Shown here: positions 1-9,608 of the stretch, piece after piece
Layout: each line of letters starts with the position of its first letter
How positions within the stretch are numbered: the first letter of the stretch is position 1
Source: Bacillota bacterium
GTDB lineage: Bacteria; Bacillota; Sulfobacillia; Sulfobacillales; JAIMBI01
Reading direction: 5' to 3'
Assembly (NCBI GenBank): GCA_021846565.1
Contig: JAJZWS010000001.1
Location: 83,810-147,809, forward strand
Length of the DNA: 64,000 bases
The notes under the pieces: model-generated
The model's database searches: none
What the model was told of the DNA's origin: nothing
The model's input: only the letters and a program-made list of their open reading frames with translations
Program-made: the position numbers and the translations under genes

Positions 1-121
1 GGGCTCCCGCGAGGGTGGCCAGGGCAGCCCCCGTGAATTTGTCCTCCACGGTTATGAGCCGCCCGCCCGTCTCCCACTGTCCATTGATGTAGAGTCCCCG
101 TGGCTCGTGCACATCCCGCAT
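1..121 (-). CDS. aldehyde dehydrogenase family protein, N-terminal fragment running off the left edge
   Basis: Reverse translation of 121..1 gives MRDVHEPRGLYINGQWETGGRLITVEDKFTGAALATLAGA. The LYINGQW ... V.DKFTG pattern is the usual ALDH N-terminus. GAAGGGAG lies directly upstream, and a GTG at 112 has better spacing than the ATG at 121. Confidence 0.5.
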   Translation of the reverse strand, partial: MRDVHEPRGLYINGQWETGGRLITVEDKFTGAALATLAGA

Positions 122-284
122 CTCCCTTCGCCAGTCGACCGTGTGCCGTCATTGTACCAGCGTCGGTGCCAGCCCAGATAAGCCCCGCGCGCGGGCGACG
201 GGAACCGGAACGGCTCGGAATCCCGCAAGGGAGCGCCGTGCGTGGCGTCGCGGTGCAGCGGCGGGCCGAGGAGGTGGCTGGGTC

Positions 285-1775
285 GTGAAACGCACAGCCC
301 AGTACGAGACCTTGCTTCTGAACGTGGGCAAGTGGCGGGAGGTCGAGGAGGTCGCCCGCACGTATGGCGGCGAGCAGGACCGTGCTGTGGTATTCCTGAG
401 CCGCGCGGGAAACGGGCACTTCCTCGATGACCAGCGCGACTTTCTGCCGTTGTGGAAGGGCAACACGTCGGTCCGGCCCGTCCACTTCCACGACCAGGTC
501 CTGTTCGACGCGGTCGCCACCATGAGGCGCCCCATCGAAGCCGTCAAAGCCAGGACACACGTCACATCCCAGGTGTTCGCCCGGTTCGAGGGCCAACCGC
601 GACACTACGGCTTCTGGCTCCTCCGCTCAGATGGTTGAATCGGTCTCGCTCTCGGAGCCAAGGCACCCACGCCGGACTTGGCGGTGGCGCCAGGAGATCG
701 CCGCGCCGTGGTGCGATTCCTGCGCCGCGCTGCGGAGGCTGGGGCATCCGCCCAGAGTCCGGCCGGACCGGGCATTCATGGGGCCACCACTCTCTACCGG
801 GTCTTCGTCAAAACGAGCGAGCATGGCACCGTCGATCGTCAGTACGTCAAGGTGACGAGCCTCACACGCGGGCGGCGGTTGGCCGTTCCCCTGCTTGGGC
901 GGGGCTGGATCGACGGCAACGTGCGGATCGTGCTTAGGCCGGACCGCCGGGCGGTCGAGGTCCACATGCCGTGCGGCGTGAAGGCGGGCAAGCCCAAGGG
1001 TGACGCGGTGATTGGCCTCGACGCGGGCGTGAGGGAGGCCCTGGCCGGCTCCGGCGGTCGCAAGTATGGGGCCGGGTTGGGTCCGCTGTTGGACCGTCTG
1101 AGCGAGGAGACGAACCAGACGGGCAAGGCCCGCAACCACCTGTCCAAGGTGGCCGATCGGGCCGAAGCGCCAGGAGACGACGCGAAAGTCCGGCGCGTCC
1201 GCACGTTCAACCTCGGTCGGCAAACGCTTGAGGCGCAGCGCCAGCGGGGAGCGGCCGAGATGACGCGGCGGGTGGGCGAGGCGGTGCGTGCGGCGGCTGG
1301 CTGCGAGACCCGCGGTTGTGGCCACCGAGGATCTGTCCCACCTGCAGGCCGGACCCGGAGCCGTACCGTATCCCGCATCGAGTCCCGCTGGATGCGCTCG
1401 GCACGCCGCGGGCGCCTGGAGTTTCCTTTTGAGCCGGGAGGTTCCCGCCGGGTGACGATTAGCGCGGCGTACACCAGTCAAACGTGTCCCCATCCGGCGT
1501 GCGGGTGCGTCTATGAGGACAACCGGCACGGAAACCGGTTTCCGTGCCTGCGCTGCGGGCACGCTGGCGCCGCCGACGTGATCGCGTCCCGGAACATCGC
1601 CGCCAGGGTCCCTGACACGGACAGCCATCTTTGGACAGCCATCTTTGGACAGCCATCTTTGGACAGCCATCTTTGGACAGCCATCTTTGGACAGCCATCT
1701 TTGGACGTCCACGGGACGCTCCGGGAGATCCTCATGGAGAGGTTCCGCCGCCGCTGGGAAGAGGTGCGGCCCTAA
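285..1775 (+). pseudogene. TnpB-like (IS200/IS605-family OrfB, IS1341-type) nuclease homologue, decayed, with no tnpA partner
   Basis: GTG 285 sits behind GAGGAGG. An in-frame TGA lies at 636-638. The motifs GLDAG, AAYTSQTCP, the CPHPACGC...CLRCGH zinc ribbon and ADVIASRNIA are present. The RuvC-II motif VVATEDLSHL is readable only in the +1 frame at 1315-1344. Confidence 0.6.
1619..1706 (+). repeat. perfect tandem repeat, 6 x 14 bp (GGACAGCCATCTTT) plus a partial seventh unit
   Basis: Counted directly: units at 1619, 1633, 1647, 1661, 1675 and 1689, then GGAC at 1703-1706. It lies inside the 3-prime end of the TnpB-like ORF and is translated as DSHLWTAIFGQPSL x2. Confidence 0.95.
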
Positions 1776-2051
1776 CCGCGCCCGGCAAGACTCCCGCCGA
1801 GGCGTGCGTCCCGTGAACGGGTCACGAGCCGGTCAACGCGTCTCGGCGGAGAGCGAACCATACGACCAACCCTGCGCGTCTAGCATCGCCTAGGGTTTGT
1901 GGAGCGGGAGGGGACCATGCCGTTGGGGGACATCACCGTGGTGGCTGGACCGATCCCAAAGGCGGCGTTGGACGCCGAATTGTACGCCATCACAGCCTCC
2001 TGCCCGCGCTGCAGCAGGAGTTGACCCGGCGGCGGGGGCACGGCCGACTGC

Positions 2052-2318
2052 GCGGTGATGCAGGGCTGGCCCGTCCTGCCGGCGCAGGTTTGGGTGCCGC
2101 CGGGTCACCGTGGCCACGGCGTGGGGTGGCGCCTGGGGGCCGAGGCGGCCCGCGTGGCGCGCGTCGGCGGTTGTCAGCTGCTGGAGGTCATGACGGCCCA
2201 AGCGGTCGCGACCGCCGAGGCGTGTTGCCGACGCTTTAGGGCCAAGCCTGGCCCGACACTTCGGGCGAGCCGCCTGGACCCGACACCGTGGAGGGGTCAC
2301 GCCTGGCCGCGTGGGTGA
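2052..2318 (+). pseudogene. GNAT acetyltransferase fragment (motif A region only)
   Basis: VWVPPGHRGHGVGWRLGAEAARVARVGGCQLLEVMTAQAVATAEACCRRF matches the GNAT core pattern (V.P..RG.G.G..L...A...G). The N-terminal half is missing. An upstream ATG at 1917 opens the same frame, which is interrupted by TGA near 2022. Confidence 0.35.
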
Positions 2319-2578
2319 CCGGTGGTCAGCGGGACCCCTATCGGCTGATGTGGCTGGACCCCGAGATGGCGGGCGAGAGGCGGCCGGAGGGCGTGCGCAG
2401 CATGGTGGTGATGAAAACCGCAACGCGCGGCAGCCTGGACGCGTCCGACGTCCCCGGGACCGAGGAGCTGGTCCCGTCGTACGAGCGGCACCCCGCTGAG
2501 ATGGGACTGGCGCGGCGGGCACTCGACATCCAGTACGGGCGGAGCCGGCCTGCATGGTGGGGTGTGGTGGTCCCCTGA
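2288..2578 (+). CDS. hypothetical protein
   Basis: 96-aa ORF with strongly G/C-biased third codon positions on manual reading. No recognisable motif. Confidence 0.3.
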   Translation: MEGSRLAAWVTGGQRDPYRLMWLDPEMAGERRPEGVRSMVVMKTATRGSLDASDVPGTEELVPSYERHPAEMGLARRALDIQYGRSRPAWWGVVVP

Positions 2579-2997
2579 GGCGCTGGCGCTTCAAAACACG
2601 GTGGCGGACCGTGAGCACCGGAGGCGGGGAGGGGAGCGCTAAAAGCGGCCACGATTGTGCGGACATGCCGCGAGTGCCTGGACGTCCACCGCATGCTCAC
2701 GATGAACGCCCACGCGAAGGGCCGGCATGCTGACCATGAGTGAGGCGGCGGCCGTTTTTGGCGGAGCGGATGGTGGTCGGACAGGCGCAGGTGGAGCAGG
2801 CGCTGGACCTCGGCTGGTGCGCCCATCCGCCCCGCCGGCCCCCGGCGTGGCCCGTTGACCGTGTGCGCATCCGCGTCGGGCCCCGAGTGCGGTACCATGA
2901 GGGGCGGCGGTCGCCGCCCGGATCGGGAGGGCTCTGGGGCGTACCCCAAGAAGACGCCGCCCGACAGCTGAACACGATAAGAAGAGGGGGCCGCAGC

Positions 2998-5268
2998 ATG
3001 GCCAGCACGCGGACGAGCGACCGAACGAGCGGAGACCGGTCCGATTCGCCCTACACGTACATAGGAAAATCACGGCGCCGGGACGACGGGCCCGCCAAGC
3101 TGGTGGGCGCGGGCGGCTACGTGGCCGACTTGGACCCGGTGGGCAGCTGGTATGCCCACCTGGTGCTGAGTCCGCATCCGCACGCGCGCATTCGGGGCAT
3201 TGACACGCGGGAGGCCGCAGGGGTGCCTGGCGTGAAAGCGGTGTACCTGGGCGACGCCCTGCCCGAGGCGGACCTGTTGGCCCAGAGCGAGGTGTTTTAC
3301 GCCGGGGAGCCGGTGGCGGTGGTGGTGGCGGACGACCCGGTGGTTGCCGAGGACGCCGCGGAGCTGGTCCAAGTGGATTACGACGTGTTGCCGGCGGTCG
3401 TGGACCCCACAGCCGCGATGCGGCCGGACGCGCCCCTGGTGCGCCAGCTGGAGGATACGGCCGGACGGGCCGATGCCGGTGCCCATGGGGACACTGCCGG
3501 CGGTGGGGCCCGGACCGAGGAGCGACCCAACAATGTCTCGGCCGTCACTCGGTATCGCCGCGGCGACGCGGCCGCCGCACGCGAGCGGGCGGACGTCGTC
3601 GTGACCCGTCGTTATCATCTGCCACCGCTGTACCAAGGCTTTCTGGAAACGCATGGATCCAGCGCGCATGCGGCACGCACCGGGGAAACGACCATTTGGA
3701 CCACCACCCAGGGTCAGTTCATGGTCCGCAACTCGGTGAAGCGGCTTTTGAAGCTACCCGACTATCGCGTTAGGGTCGTGGGCGCCACCGTCGGCGGCGG
3801 ATTTGGGGGCAAAGGTGTCCTCCTGGAGCCGCTGGTGGCCACCCTGTCACAGCGGCTCGGCCGCCCGGTGGCCATGCTGCTGGACCGCCAGCAGGACATT
3901 CTGGTCAACAACCCCGGGCCGGCCGCGGACATTGACGTGACGCTGGCCGCGAGCCAGGACGGTACCCTGTCGTCGATCGAGGCCCGCCTGGTGTTTGACA
4001 ACGGCGCGGAGCGCGGCGGGTCGGCCGGCATTGCCTGCATAATGCTGGCGGGCACGTACCGAAGCCCCCACCTCGAGGTGGTGGGGTACGACGTGATGAC
4101 GCACAAGGTGCCTGTGGGCGCTTATCGAGCCCCGGGCGCCCCCCAGGCGTACTTTGCCCTGGAGTCCGCGATGGACGAGTTGGCTCGCGCGCTTAAGATG
4201 GACCCCATCGAATTTCGGATGAAAAACGCGGTCCAAGAGGGTGACGAGCGGCCGGACGGGCGCACGTGGCCGCGGATTGGCTTGCGCGAGTGCCTGGAAG
4301 CGGCCCAGAACCACCCCTTTTTCCAAGAGACGCTCGGCCCCCACGAAGGCATTGGCGTGGCTGTCGGCGGGTGGCCCGGGGGCCTCGAGCCGGCAGCGGC
4401 CGCCTGCCAGGTGACCTCCGAAGGCCGCCTCGTGGTCCAGGTGGGCTCGATTGACATCACGGGCACCAACACGACGTTTGCTTTGATTGCCGCCGAGGCG
4501 CTGGGGCTGTCCCCGGACGAGGTGCACGTGGCGTTCACCGACACGGCCCACGCTCCCTACGCCGGGATGGCGGGCGGCAGCAAGACGACCTATACGGTGG
4601 GACTCGCGGTGGCCGAAGCGGCCAAAGCCGTACGGCGCCAGGTGTTGGAGATTGCCGCCCACCGCCTCGAGGCGGCGGTCGAGGACCTCGACTTGCGCGA
4701 GGGTGCGGTCCATGTCCGGGGCGTGCCCGGCCGGACCGTGACCCTGGCCGAGATCGCGCGGGATACGGCGCGGTTCGGCGGCCGTACCGCGCCTTTAATC
4801 GCGGAGGGACGGAGCGCCATCACGAACAGCGCCCCGGGATTTGCCGTACACGGCGCCCGTGTCAAGGTCGACCCGGACACGGGAGACGTGCGGCTCACGG
4901 GCTACCTCGCGATTCAGGATGTGGGACGGGCACTCAATCCGAAGGAAGTGGAGGGGCAGATTCTGGGTGGAGTGGCCCAGGGCATTGGGCGGGCCCTGTA
5001 TGAGGATCTGGCCTATGACGACGGGGGTCAGCCCGTGTCCACCAGCTTTCTGGACTATCAGATGCCGACGTTTCACGACGTCCCGCGGGTGAACGTGATG
5101 CTGGTTGAGGTGCCGGCCGAAGACGGACCGTACGGCGCCAAGGGCGTCGGTGAACCCCCTGCGATTCCCGGGGCTGCCGCGATTGCGAATGCGGTGGCGG
5201 CGGCGACGGGCCGCCGGGTGGCGAGGCTGCCCATCACGCCGGAGCGCGTGCTGGCTGCCGACCGCTGA
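2998..5268 (+). CDS. xanthine dehydrogenase / CoxL-family molybdopterin-binding subunit
   Basis: ATG 2998 follows GAAGAGGGGG. The N-terminus reads YIGKS..R.DGP.K..G...Y..D. GATVGGGFGGKG and a C-terminal GAKGVGEPP motif are present. The ORF track extends the frame to 2740, but homology starts near 2998. Confidence 0.85.
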   Translation: MASTRTSDRTSGDRSDSPYTYIGKSRRRDDGPAKLVGAGGYVADLDPVGSWYAHLVLSPHPHARIRGIDTREAAGVPGVKAVYLGDALPEADLLAQSEVFYAGEPVAVVVADDPVVAEDAAELVQVDYDVLPAVVDPTAAMRPDAPLVRQLEDTAGRADAGAHGDTAGGGARTEERPNNVSAVTRYRRGDAAAARERADVVVTRRYHLPPLYQGFLETHGSSAHAARTGETTIWTTTQGQFMVRNSVKRLLKLPDYRVRVVGATVGGGFGGKGVLLEPLVATLSQRLGRPVAMLLDRQQDILVNNPGPAADIDVTLAASQDGTLSSIEARLVFDNGAERGGSAGIACIMLAGTYRSPHLEVVGYDVMTHKVPVGAYRAPGAPQAYFALESAMDELARALKMDPIEFRMKNAVQEGDERPDGRTWPRIGLRECLEAAQNHPFFQETLGPHEGIGVAVGGWPGGLEPAAAACQVTSEGRLVVQVGSIDITGTNTTFALIAAEALGLSPDEVHVAFTDTAHAPYAGMAGGSKTTYTVGLAVAEAAKAVRRQVLEIAAHRLEAAVEDLDLREGAVHVRGVPGRTVTLAEIARDTARFGGRTAPLIAEGRSAITNSAPGFAVHGARVKVDPDTGDVRLTGYLAIQDVGRALNPKEVEGQILGGVAQGIGRALYEDLAYDDGGQPVSTSFLDYQMPTFHDVPRVNVMLVEVPAEDGPYGAKGVGEPPAIPGAAAIANAVAAATGRRVARLPITPERVLAADR

Positions 5269-5285
5269 CAGGCAGTCCGACGGCA

Positions 5286-5325
5286 CACCGCAACCCCCCG
5301 CGGAGAGTCACGGGGGGTTGCGGTG
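5286..5325. terminator. perfect 15-bp-stem hairpin between convergent genes
   Basis: CACCGCAACCCCCCG (5286-5300), a 10-nt loop, then CGGGGGGTTGCGGTG (5311-5325). No T-tract follows, so its function as a terminator is inferred. Confidence 0.4.
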
Positions 5326-5352
5326 CACCATGCACGTGGCGCAGACCTGGGA

Positions 5353-5559
5353 TCAGCCGCGCACGGCCGTGGATCCGGTGGGCAGGTTCCCCGCCCACGC
5401 GATCAGCGCTGCCAGGCTCAGCACAGCTCCCGCCAGCACCGGCACCAGCACCGGCGCCGTCCACGGATTGCCCGTGGCGGGCACCCACCCGCCGATCAAA
5501 GGCGATACGCTGATGGCCATGCCGCCCAGCGCCCCGACCAGCGGCAAGCCATGCGTCAT
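5353..5559 (-). CDS. small membrane protein (SPW-repeat-like)
   Basis: The internal Met of the 147-aa ORF gives MTHGLPLVGALGGMAISVSPLIGGWVP..., with two hydrophobic helices. Confidence 0.3.
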   Translation of the reverse strand: MTHGLPLVGALGGMAISVSPLIGGWVPATGNPWTAPVLVPVLAGAVLSLAALIAWAGNLPTGSTAVRG

Positions 5560-5573
5560 CGCAGCCGCCCCCT

Positions 5574-5930
5574 TCACGGGTCCCCCGCGCGCGGCGCGCC
5601 CGACGGAGGGCGGGGCCCTAACTCGTCGAGAGTCATCCGGGCCAGCTGCTCCAACTGCTGGGAGGGCGGGGCCGCGCGCGGGGGCGGTGCAAGGTTGGCT
5701 TGCAGGGGCTGACGCCCGGTGAGGGCGGGACGGACGCCCGTGAACGCCGTCACGCCGATGGCCAGCGCCCACAGCGCGGCGAGCGCTCCCATCCACTCAC
5801 TGGTGGTCGTCGCGGGGGTCCAGCCGGCCCCCGTCGGTTGAAAGTGCAGGAGAAAGGGCGCGGCCATCAGCGCCAAGGCGGCCCAAGCGCCCAGGACCGC
5901 CCCCGCGAGGCGACCGACGCGCCCCTTCAT
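5574..5930 (-). CDS. small membrane protein with Pro/Ala-rich tail
   Basis: 118-aa ORF. The N-terminal two helices are GAVLGAWAALALMAAPFLL and WMGALAALWALAIGVTAF. No family assignment. Confidence 0.35.
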   Translation of the reverse strand: MKGRVGRLAGAVLGAWAALALMAAPFLLHFQPTGAGWTPATTTSEWMGALAALWALAIGVTAFTGVRPALTGRQPLQANLAPPPRAAPPSQQLEQLARMTLDELGPRPPSGAPRAGDP

Positions 5931-5998
5931 CGTGATGGTCTGTCGAGGTGGTCCCGCATCAGACGATCATGGCTCCTCTCTCTTGGGCCGGGTTCTGG

Positions 5999-7864
5999 TC
6001 AGTCGGTCGGTTCGGTCCCCGTGTCCTGGCGTTCCGGCCCGGATTCCGCCACCGTGCGCTTGTCGGCGGCGGCCGGCACCCTAATGCCGGCTGCCGGCGC
6101 GTCGGCCGCGTCATCGTAAATATACTGCTTGCCGCGCAGGACCGAGGCCACCGCGGCCACAAAGCTTATGGCGGCGGCAAACAGAAAGACGACGCGCAAG
6201 GAGGCCATGAAGGCGCCCGAAATCAGCGTGGGGAAGAAGTGCACCGACAGCAGCGTCGCGCGCGCCGCAGCGGGAATCGACGTCAGCACGGCGTGCGGCA
6301 CCAGCCTGGCCAAGGGGTTGAACCCGAGGAGTGCGGAAAACAGGACAGCCATAGGCGGCAGGTGTGAGAGCTTGCTGGCGAACGCGGCTGGCAGGCCGGC
6401 ATGCGCCAGGCCCCCAGCGAGCGCTGTCGGCAGGTGACTGGCCATATTGGTGATGACAAGGGTGAAAAACACCCCCATGGACAGCATCATGCCCGCGTTC
6501 ATAAAGGTGGCCCGCATGCCGGACGCGACGCCCCGAAAGCGGGCGGGCACCGAGCTCATGATGGACGAGGTGTTGGGGGAGGAAAACAGGCCCATCCCAA
6601 CACCGACCATGAAGATGTAGAGCGCAAACACCCAGTAGCTGAAGTCGGCGTGCAGGGTGTTGAGCGCAAAGAACCCGGCGGCACTGACCAGCATTCCGAT
6701 GGTGGCAAACCAGCGAGACCCATACCGGTCAGACAGCCGTCCCGAAATCGGGCCCGCCAGGAAAAACCCCACCATCTGCGGAATCGTATCCAATCCGGCG
6801 TCGAGCGGGGTGTTGGCAAAGGAGACGCCGTGCAACGGAAGCCAGATGCCCTGCAACCAGATGATCATCATGAACTGCAGGCCGCCTCGTGCCACGGCCG
6901 CCAACAGGCCGCTGATGTTGCCGGCGGCAAAGGCGCGATTGCGAAACAGGTTGAGGTGGAACATGGGATCGGGCACAAACGATTCGATGACGATGAACCC
7001 GATGAGCAGCGCCACCCCAAGGATGAGGGACCAAATCACAAAGGGATTGGACCACCCGGTCACGTGCGCGCCGTAAGGCAAAATACTGTAGGTGAGCCCG
7101 ATGAGAACCCCCAAAAGACCCAGGCCGAAGGTTATGTTGCCCAGCCAGTCAATGCGCTTGGACTCCCGCGTCACGGCGGTTTCGCGGAGCGCGACGTAGG
7201 CCCAGATGGTACCCGCCAGACCCACCGGCACACTGACCAAAAACACGAGGCGCCAGTCCACGACGGACAGCAGACCGCCTACGACGAGCCCGATGATGCC
7301 CCCGCCGATGGCGGCAATCTGATTCAAGCCTAGGGCGAAGCCTCGCTCTTCCACGGGAAAGGCATCCGTCAGGATGGCCGCGCTGTTGGCGAACAGGAAC
7401 GCGCCGCCGATGCCCTGGACGAAGCGGAAAATGGTAAGTTCCCACTCCCCCGCAATCCCAACGCCCGGTGTCAGAAACAGGAGGATGGACCCAAAGGTGA
7501 ACACCGCGAACCCCAAGTTGTACAGCTTGACGCGCCCGTGGGCGTCGGACAGGCGTCCGAAAGACACCAACAGAATCGTCGTGGCGAGGTTGAAGCCCAG
7601 CAAAATCCAAAGCAGCAGGCTGGTTTGGTTGGACTGTAGTGGGTTGACGTGCAGCCCCCGAAAGATGGCGGGCAGTGAGATGATGAGGATGGTGCCGTTG
7701 ATCGCGGCCATCAAGATGCCGAGCGTCGTGTTGGACAACGCGATCCACTTGTAGTCGATGCGGTGGTGCCACGAGCCCTGACCGGTGCCGTGGGACCGAG
7801 ACATGGATTGAGAAGACAAAGTCGGACTCCTTTCCGTTCCCTGATGGGCGGACGGCGACCCCAT
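5999..7864 (-). CDS. MFS transporter, DHA2 (EmrB/QacA-like, 14-TMS type)
   Basis: 621-aa ORF with many TM segments and typical MFS motifs ([17 protein letters not shown]). The start is uncertain: a TTG at 7819 lies 7 nt after GGAAAGGAG, and ATGs lie at 7864 and 7804. Confidence 0.85.
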   Translation of the reverse strand: MGSPSAHQGTERSPTLSSQSMSRSHGTGQGSWHHRIDYKWIALSNTTLGILMAAINGTILIISLPAIFRGLHVNPLQSNQTSLLLWILLGFNLATTILLVSFGRLSDAHGRVKLYNLGFAVFTFGSILLFLTPGVGIAGEWELTIFRFVQGIGGAFLFANSAAILTDAFPVEERGFALGLNQIAAIGGGIIGLVVGGLLSVVDWRLVFLVSVPVGLAGTIWAYVALRETAVTRESKRIDWLGNITFGLGLLGVLIGLTYSILPYGAHVTGWSNPFVIWSLILGVALLIGFIVIESFVPDPMFHLNLFRNRAFAAGNISGLLAAVARGGLQFMMIIWLQGIWLPLHGVSFANTPLDAGLDTIPQMVGFFLAGPISGRLSDRYGSRWFATIGMLVSAAGFFALNTLHADFSYWVFALYIFMVGVGMGLFSSPNTSSIMSSVPARFRGVASGMRATFMNAGMMLSMGVFFTLVITNMASHLPTALAGGLAHAGLPAAFASKLSHLPPMAVLFSALLGFNPLARLVPHAVLTSIPAAARATLLSVHFFPTLISGAFMASLRVVFLFAAAISFVAAVASVLRGKQYIYDDAADAPAAGIRVPAAADKRTVAESGPERQDTGTEPTD

Positions 7865-7868
7865 CTGC

Positions 7869-8336
7869 CTAGGGAACCCCGACGGGGTCAGCCTCTGCGA
7901 GCCGGCGCACCTGGCTCAGCAGGGCCAGTAGACCCTCATGCAGGTGTCGCCGATCCTCCGGACCCAGTTCCCGGATGCCTTGGAACAAGGGGTTGTCGAG
8001 CCCCAGCGACAGGGCGCCGAGCGTCTCGTGCCCACTTTGGGTCAACGACACCACCACCGTGCGGCGGTCCCCCTGGCCAGTGGAGCGGGTCACCAGACCC
8101 TGCGACTCCAACCGACCCAGCACGCGCGTGAGCGACGCGGCCTGAATGCCCAAGCGGCGGGCCAGCTCGCCGGCGGTGACCGACTCCTGTTGCAGCTTTT
8201 TGAGGCAGTGCAGTTGCGTGAGGGTCAGCGAGTGGGCCTGCCACAGTTCGAACAAGAGCGGCTCTGCCTGGATCACGATGGCCAGGACCAGTCGGGTCGT
8301 CTCCGCCGCCGTGGGCAGCGATGCCTCGTCTGTCAT
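7869..8336 (-). CDS. MarR family transcriptional regulator
   Basis: Winged-helix signature [12 protein letters not shown]...[32 protein letters not shown]...DRR. ATG 8336 follows GGAAGGGG. An ATTG-N9-CAAT pseudo-palindrome at 8357-8373 lies in the AT-rich divergent promoter region. Confidence 0.85.
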   Translation of the reverse strand: MTDEASLPTAAETTRLVLAIVIQAEPLLFELWQAHSLTLTQLHCLKKLQQESVTAGELARRLGIQAASLTRVLGRLESQGLVTRSTGQGDRRTVVVSLTQSGHETLGALSLGLDNPLFQGIRELGPEDRRHLHEGLLALLSQVRRLAEADPVGVP

Positions 8337-8493
8337 GCCGCACCCCTTCCAAAATAATTGTCGCTCAGGCAATATTAAAGCACATGTCAACGAAGTGCAA
8401 GGGGCGGTGCCCCCGCCCCCGCAGACTGATATCATGGAGGGAGCTGGCGGTCGGCCGGAGGCCGTGGCGCCAAGTGGCTAGCGAGGGGGCGGA

Positions 8494-9198
8494 GTGGTGG
8501 AGCGTCCGACACACCTGCTGATATTTGACCTGGATGGCACCGTGCTGGATGGGCACGGTGCCGGCCATCAGGCGATGGAGCGGGCGTTTCGGCAGGTGAT
8601 GGGCCAACCGGGGGAGTTTGACCACCTGGACTTCGCCGGACGCACTGATCCGGCCATGCTGCATCTGGCGGCCGAGCGGCTGGGCCTCACCATCGCCGAG
8701 GACCAGTGGCCGCGGCTGCTGAACGCTTTTGTGACCGCGCTCCGCGAGACGGCGGGGGCTACCCGGGCGCTGCCCGGGGTGGCCGCGCTTCTGCGGCACC
8801 TCGCGAGCAACCCGCAGGTCGGGCTTGCCGTGGGAACCGGGAACGTGGAGGCCGGGGCGGCCGTCAAACTGCAGGCGGCCGGGCTTTCGGACGTGTTTCC
8901 CGTCGGGGGCTACGGCAGTGACGGCGAGTCCCGCGAAGCGATGCTGGCGGTGGCGGTGGCCCGCACGCGCAACTTTTACCAGGCGAACGACGCGCCACTG
9001 CTGACCGTGGGCGACACGCCCCGCGACGTGGCGGCGGCGCATGCCCTCGGGTTTCGATGCATCGCGGTGGCTACGGGCCGCTATGGCCAGCCGAACCTGG
9101 AGGCGGCGGGCGCGGACGCGGCACTGCCATCGCTTGAGGATGCCGCGGCGTTTTACCGGGCCGTGTCGCGGCTCTCCGGGCGGGACTTGTCGGATTGA
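8494..9198 (+). CDS. HAD-superfamily hydrolase (phosphoglycolate phosphatase-like)
   Basis: Motif I LIFDLDGTVLD is near the N-terminus, and GDTPRDV is the C-terminal HAD motif. Confidence 0.8.
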   Translation: MVERPTHLLIFDLDGTVLDGHGAGHQAMERAFRQVMGQPGEFDHLDFAGRTDPAMLHLAAERLGLTIAEDQWPRLLNAFVTALRETAGATRALPGVAALLRHLASNPQVGLAVGTGNVEAGAAVKLQAAGLSDVFPVGGYGSDGESREAMLAVAVARTRNFYQANDAPLLTVGDTPRDVAAAHALGFRCIAVATGRYGQPNLEAAGADAALPSLEDAAAFYRAVSRLSGRDLSD

Positions 9199-9608
9199 CG
9201 CACCGCGACGCGCGCCACGGTGCAGCGCGCCACACATACCAGGCGCTCCTGTTCATCGCGGATCCGGATGTCCCACACCATGGTCGTGCGGCCGCGGTGC
9301 AGCGGCAGCGCCTCGGCGGTGAGGGTGCCGGTGCGCTTGGCCCGCACATGGTTGGCATTGATCTCGATGCCCACCGCCCGCTCGGTGGCCGGATCGCAGT
9401 TGAGCCATGTGCCCACCGAGGCGGCGGATTCCGCCAGCACCACCGACGCGCCCCCATGCAGCAGACCGAAAGGTTGGTGCACTCGGGGGGACACGGGCAT
9501 GGTGGCCACCACCCGGTCGGGACGAGCCTCGACAAAGACGATGCCCAAGGTTTCGTGAATACCGCCTGCGAGGGCGGCGGCATCGGCGGGTGAACGACGA
9601 GTGGACAT
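9153..9608 (-). CDS. PaaI/hotdog-fold thioesterase
   Basis: LGIVFVEA...MPV......P.G.LHGGASVVLAESAAS is the PaaI-type signature. ATG follows AAGGGGG. It is convergent with the HAD gene and overlaps it by 46 nt. Confidence 0.8.
   Translation of the reverse strand: MSTRRSPADAAALAGGIHETLGIVFVEARPDRVVATMPVSPRVHQPFGLLHGGASVVLAESAASVGTWLNCDPATERAVGIEINANHVRAKRTGTLTAEALPLHRGRTTMVWDIRIRDEQERLVCVARCTVARVAVRQSDKSRPESRDTAR

Noticed and set aside
1619-1706. The tandem array as a CRISPR
   Set aside because: Units are directly abutting 14-mers with no spacers, and no cas genes are present. It is a tandem repeat, not a CRISPR array.
627-1712. 361-aa minus-strand ORF
   Set aside because: It is antisense to the TnpB-like frame. 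The product is Arg/Pro/Gly/Ala-rich with repeated peptide from the 14-bp array and no motif. This is a typical high-GC shadow ORF.
2580-2997. Possible Moco or purine riboswitch upstream of the Mo-enzyme gene
   Set aside because: I could not find the conserved cores of either class. Part of the region has coding-like third-position bias, so it is more likely gene debris.
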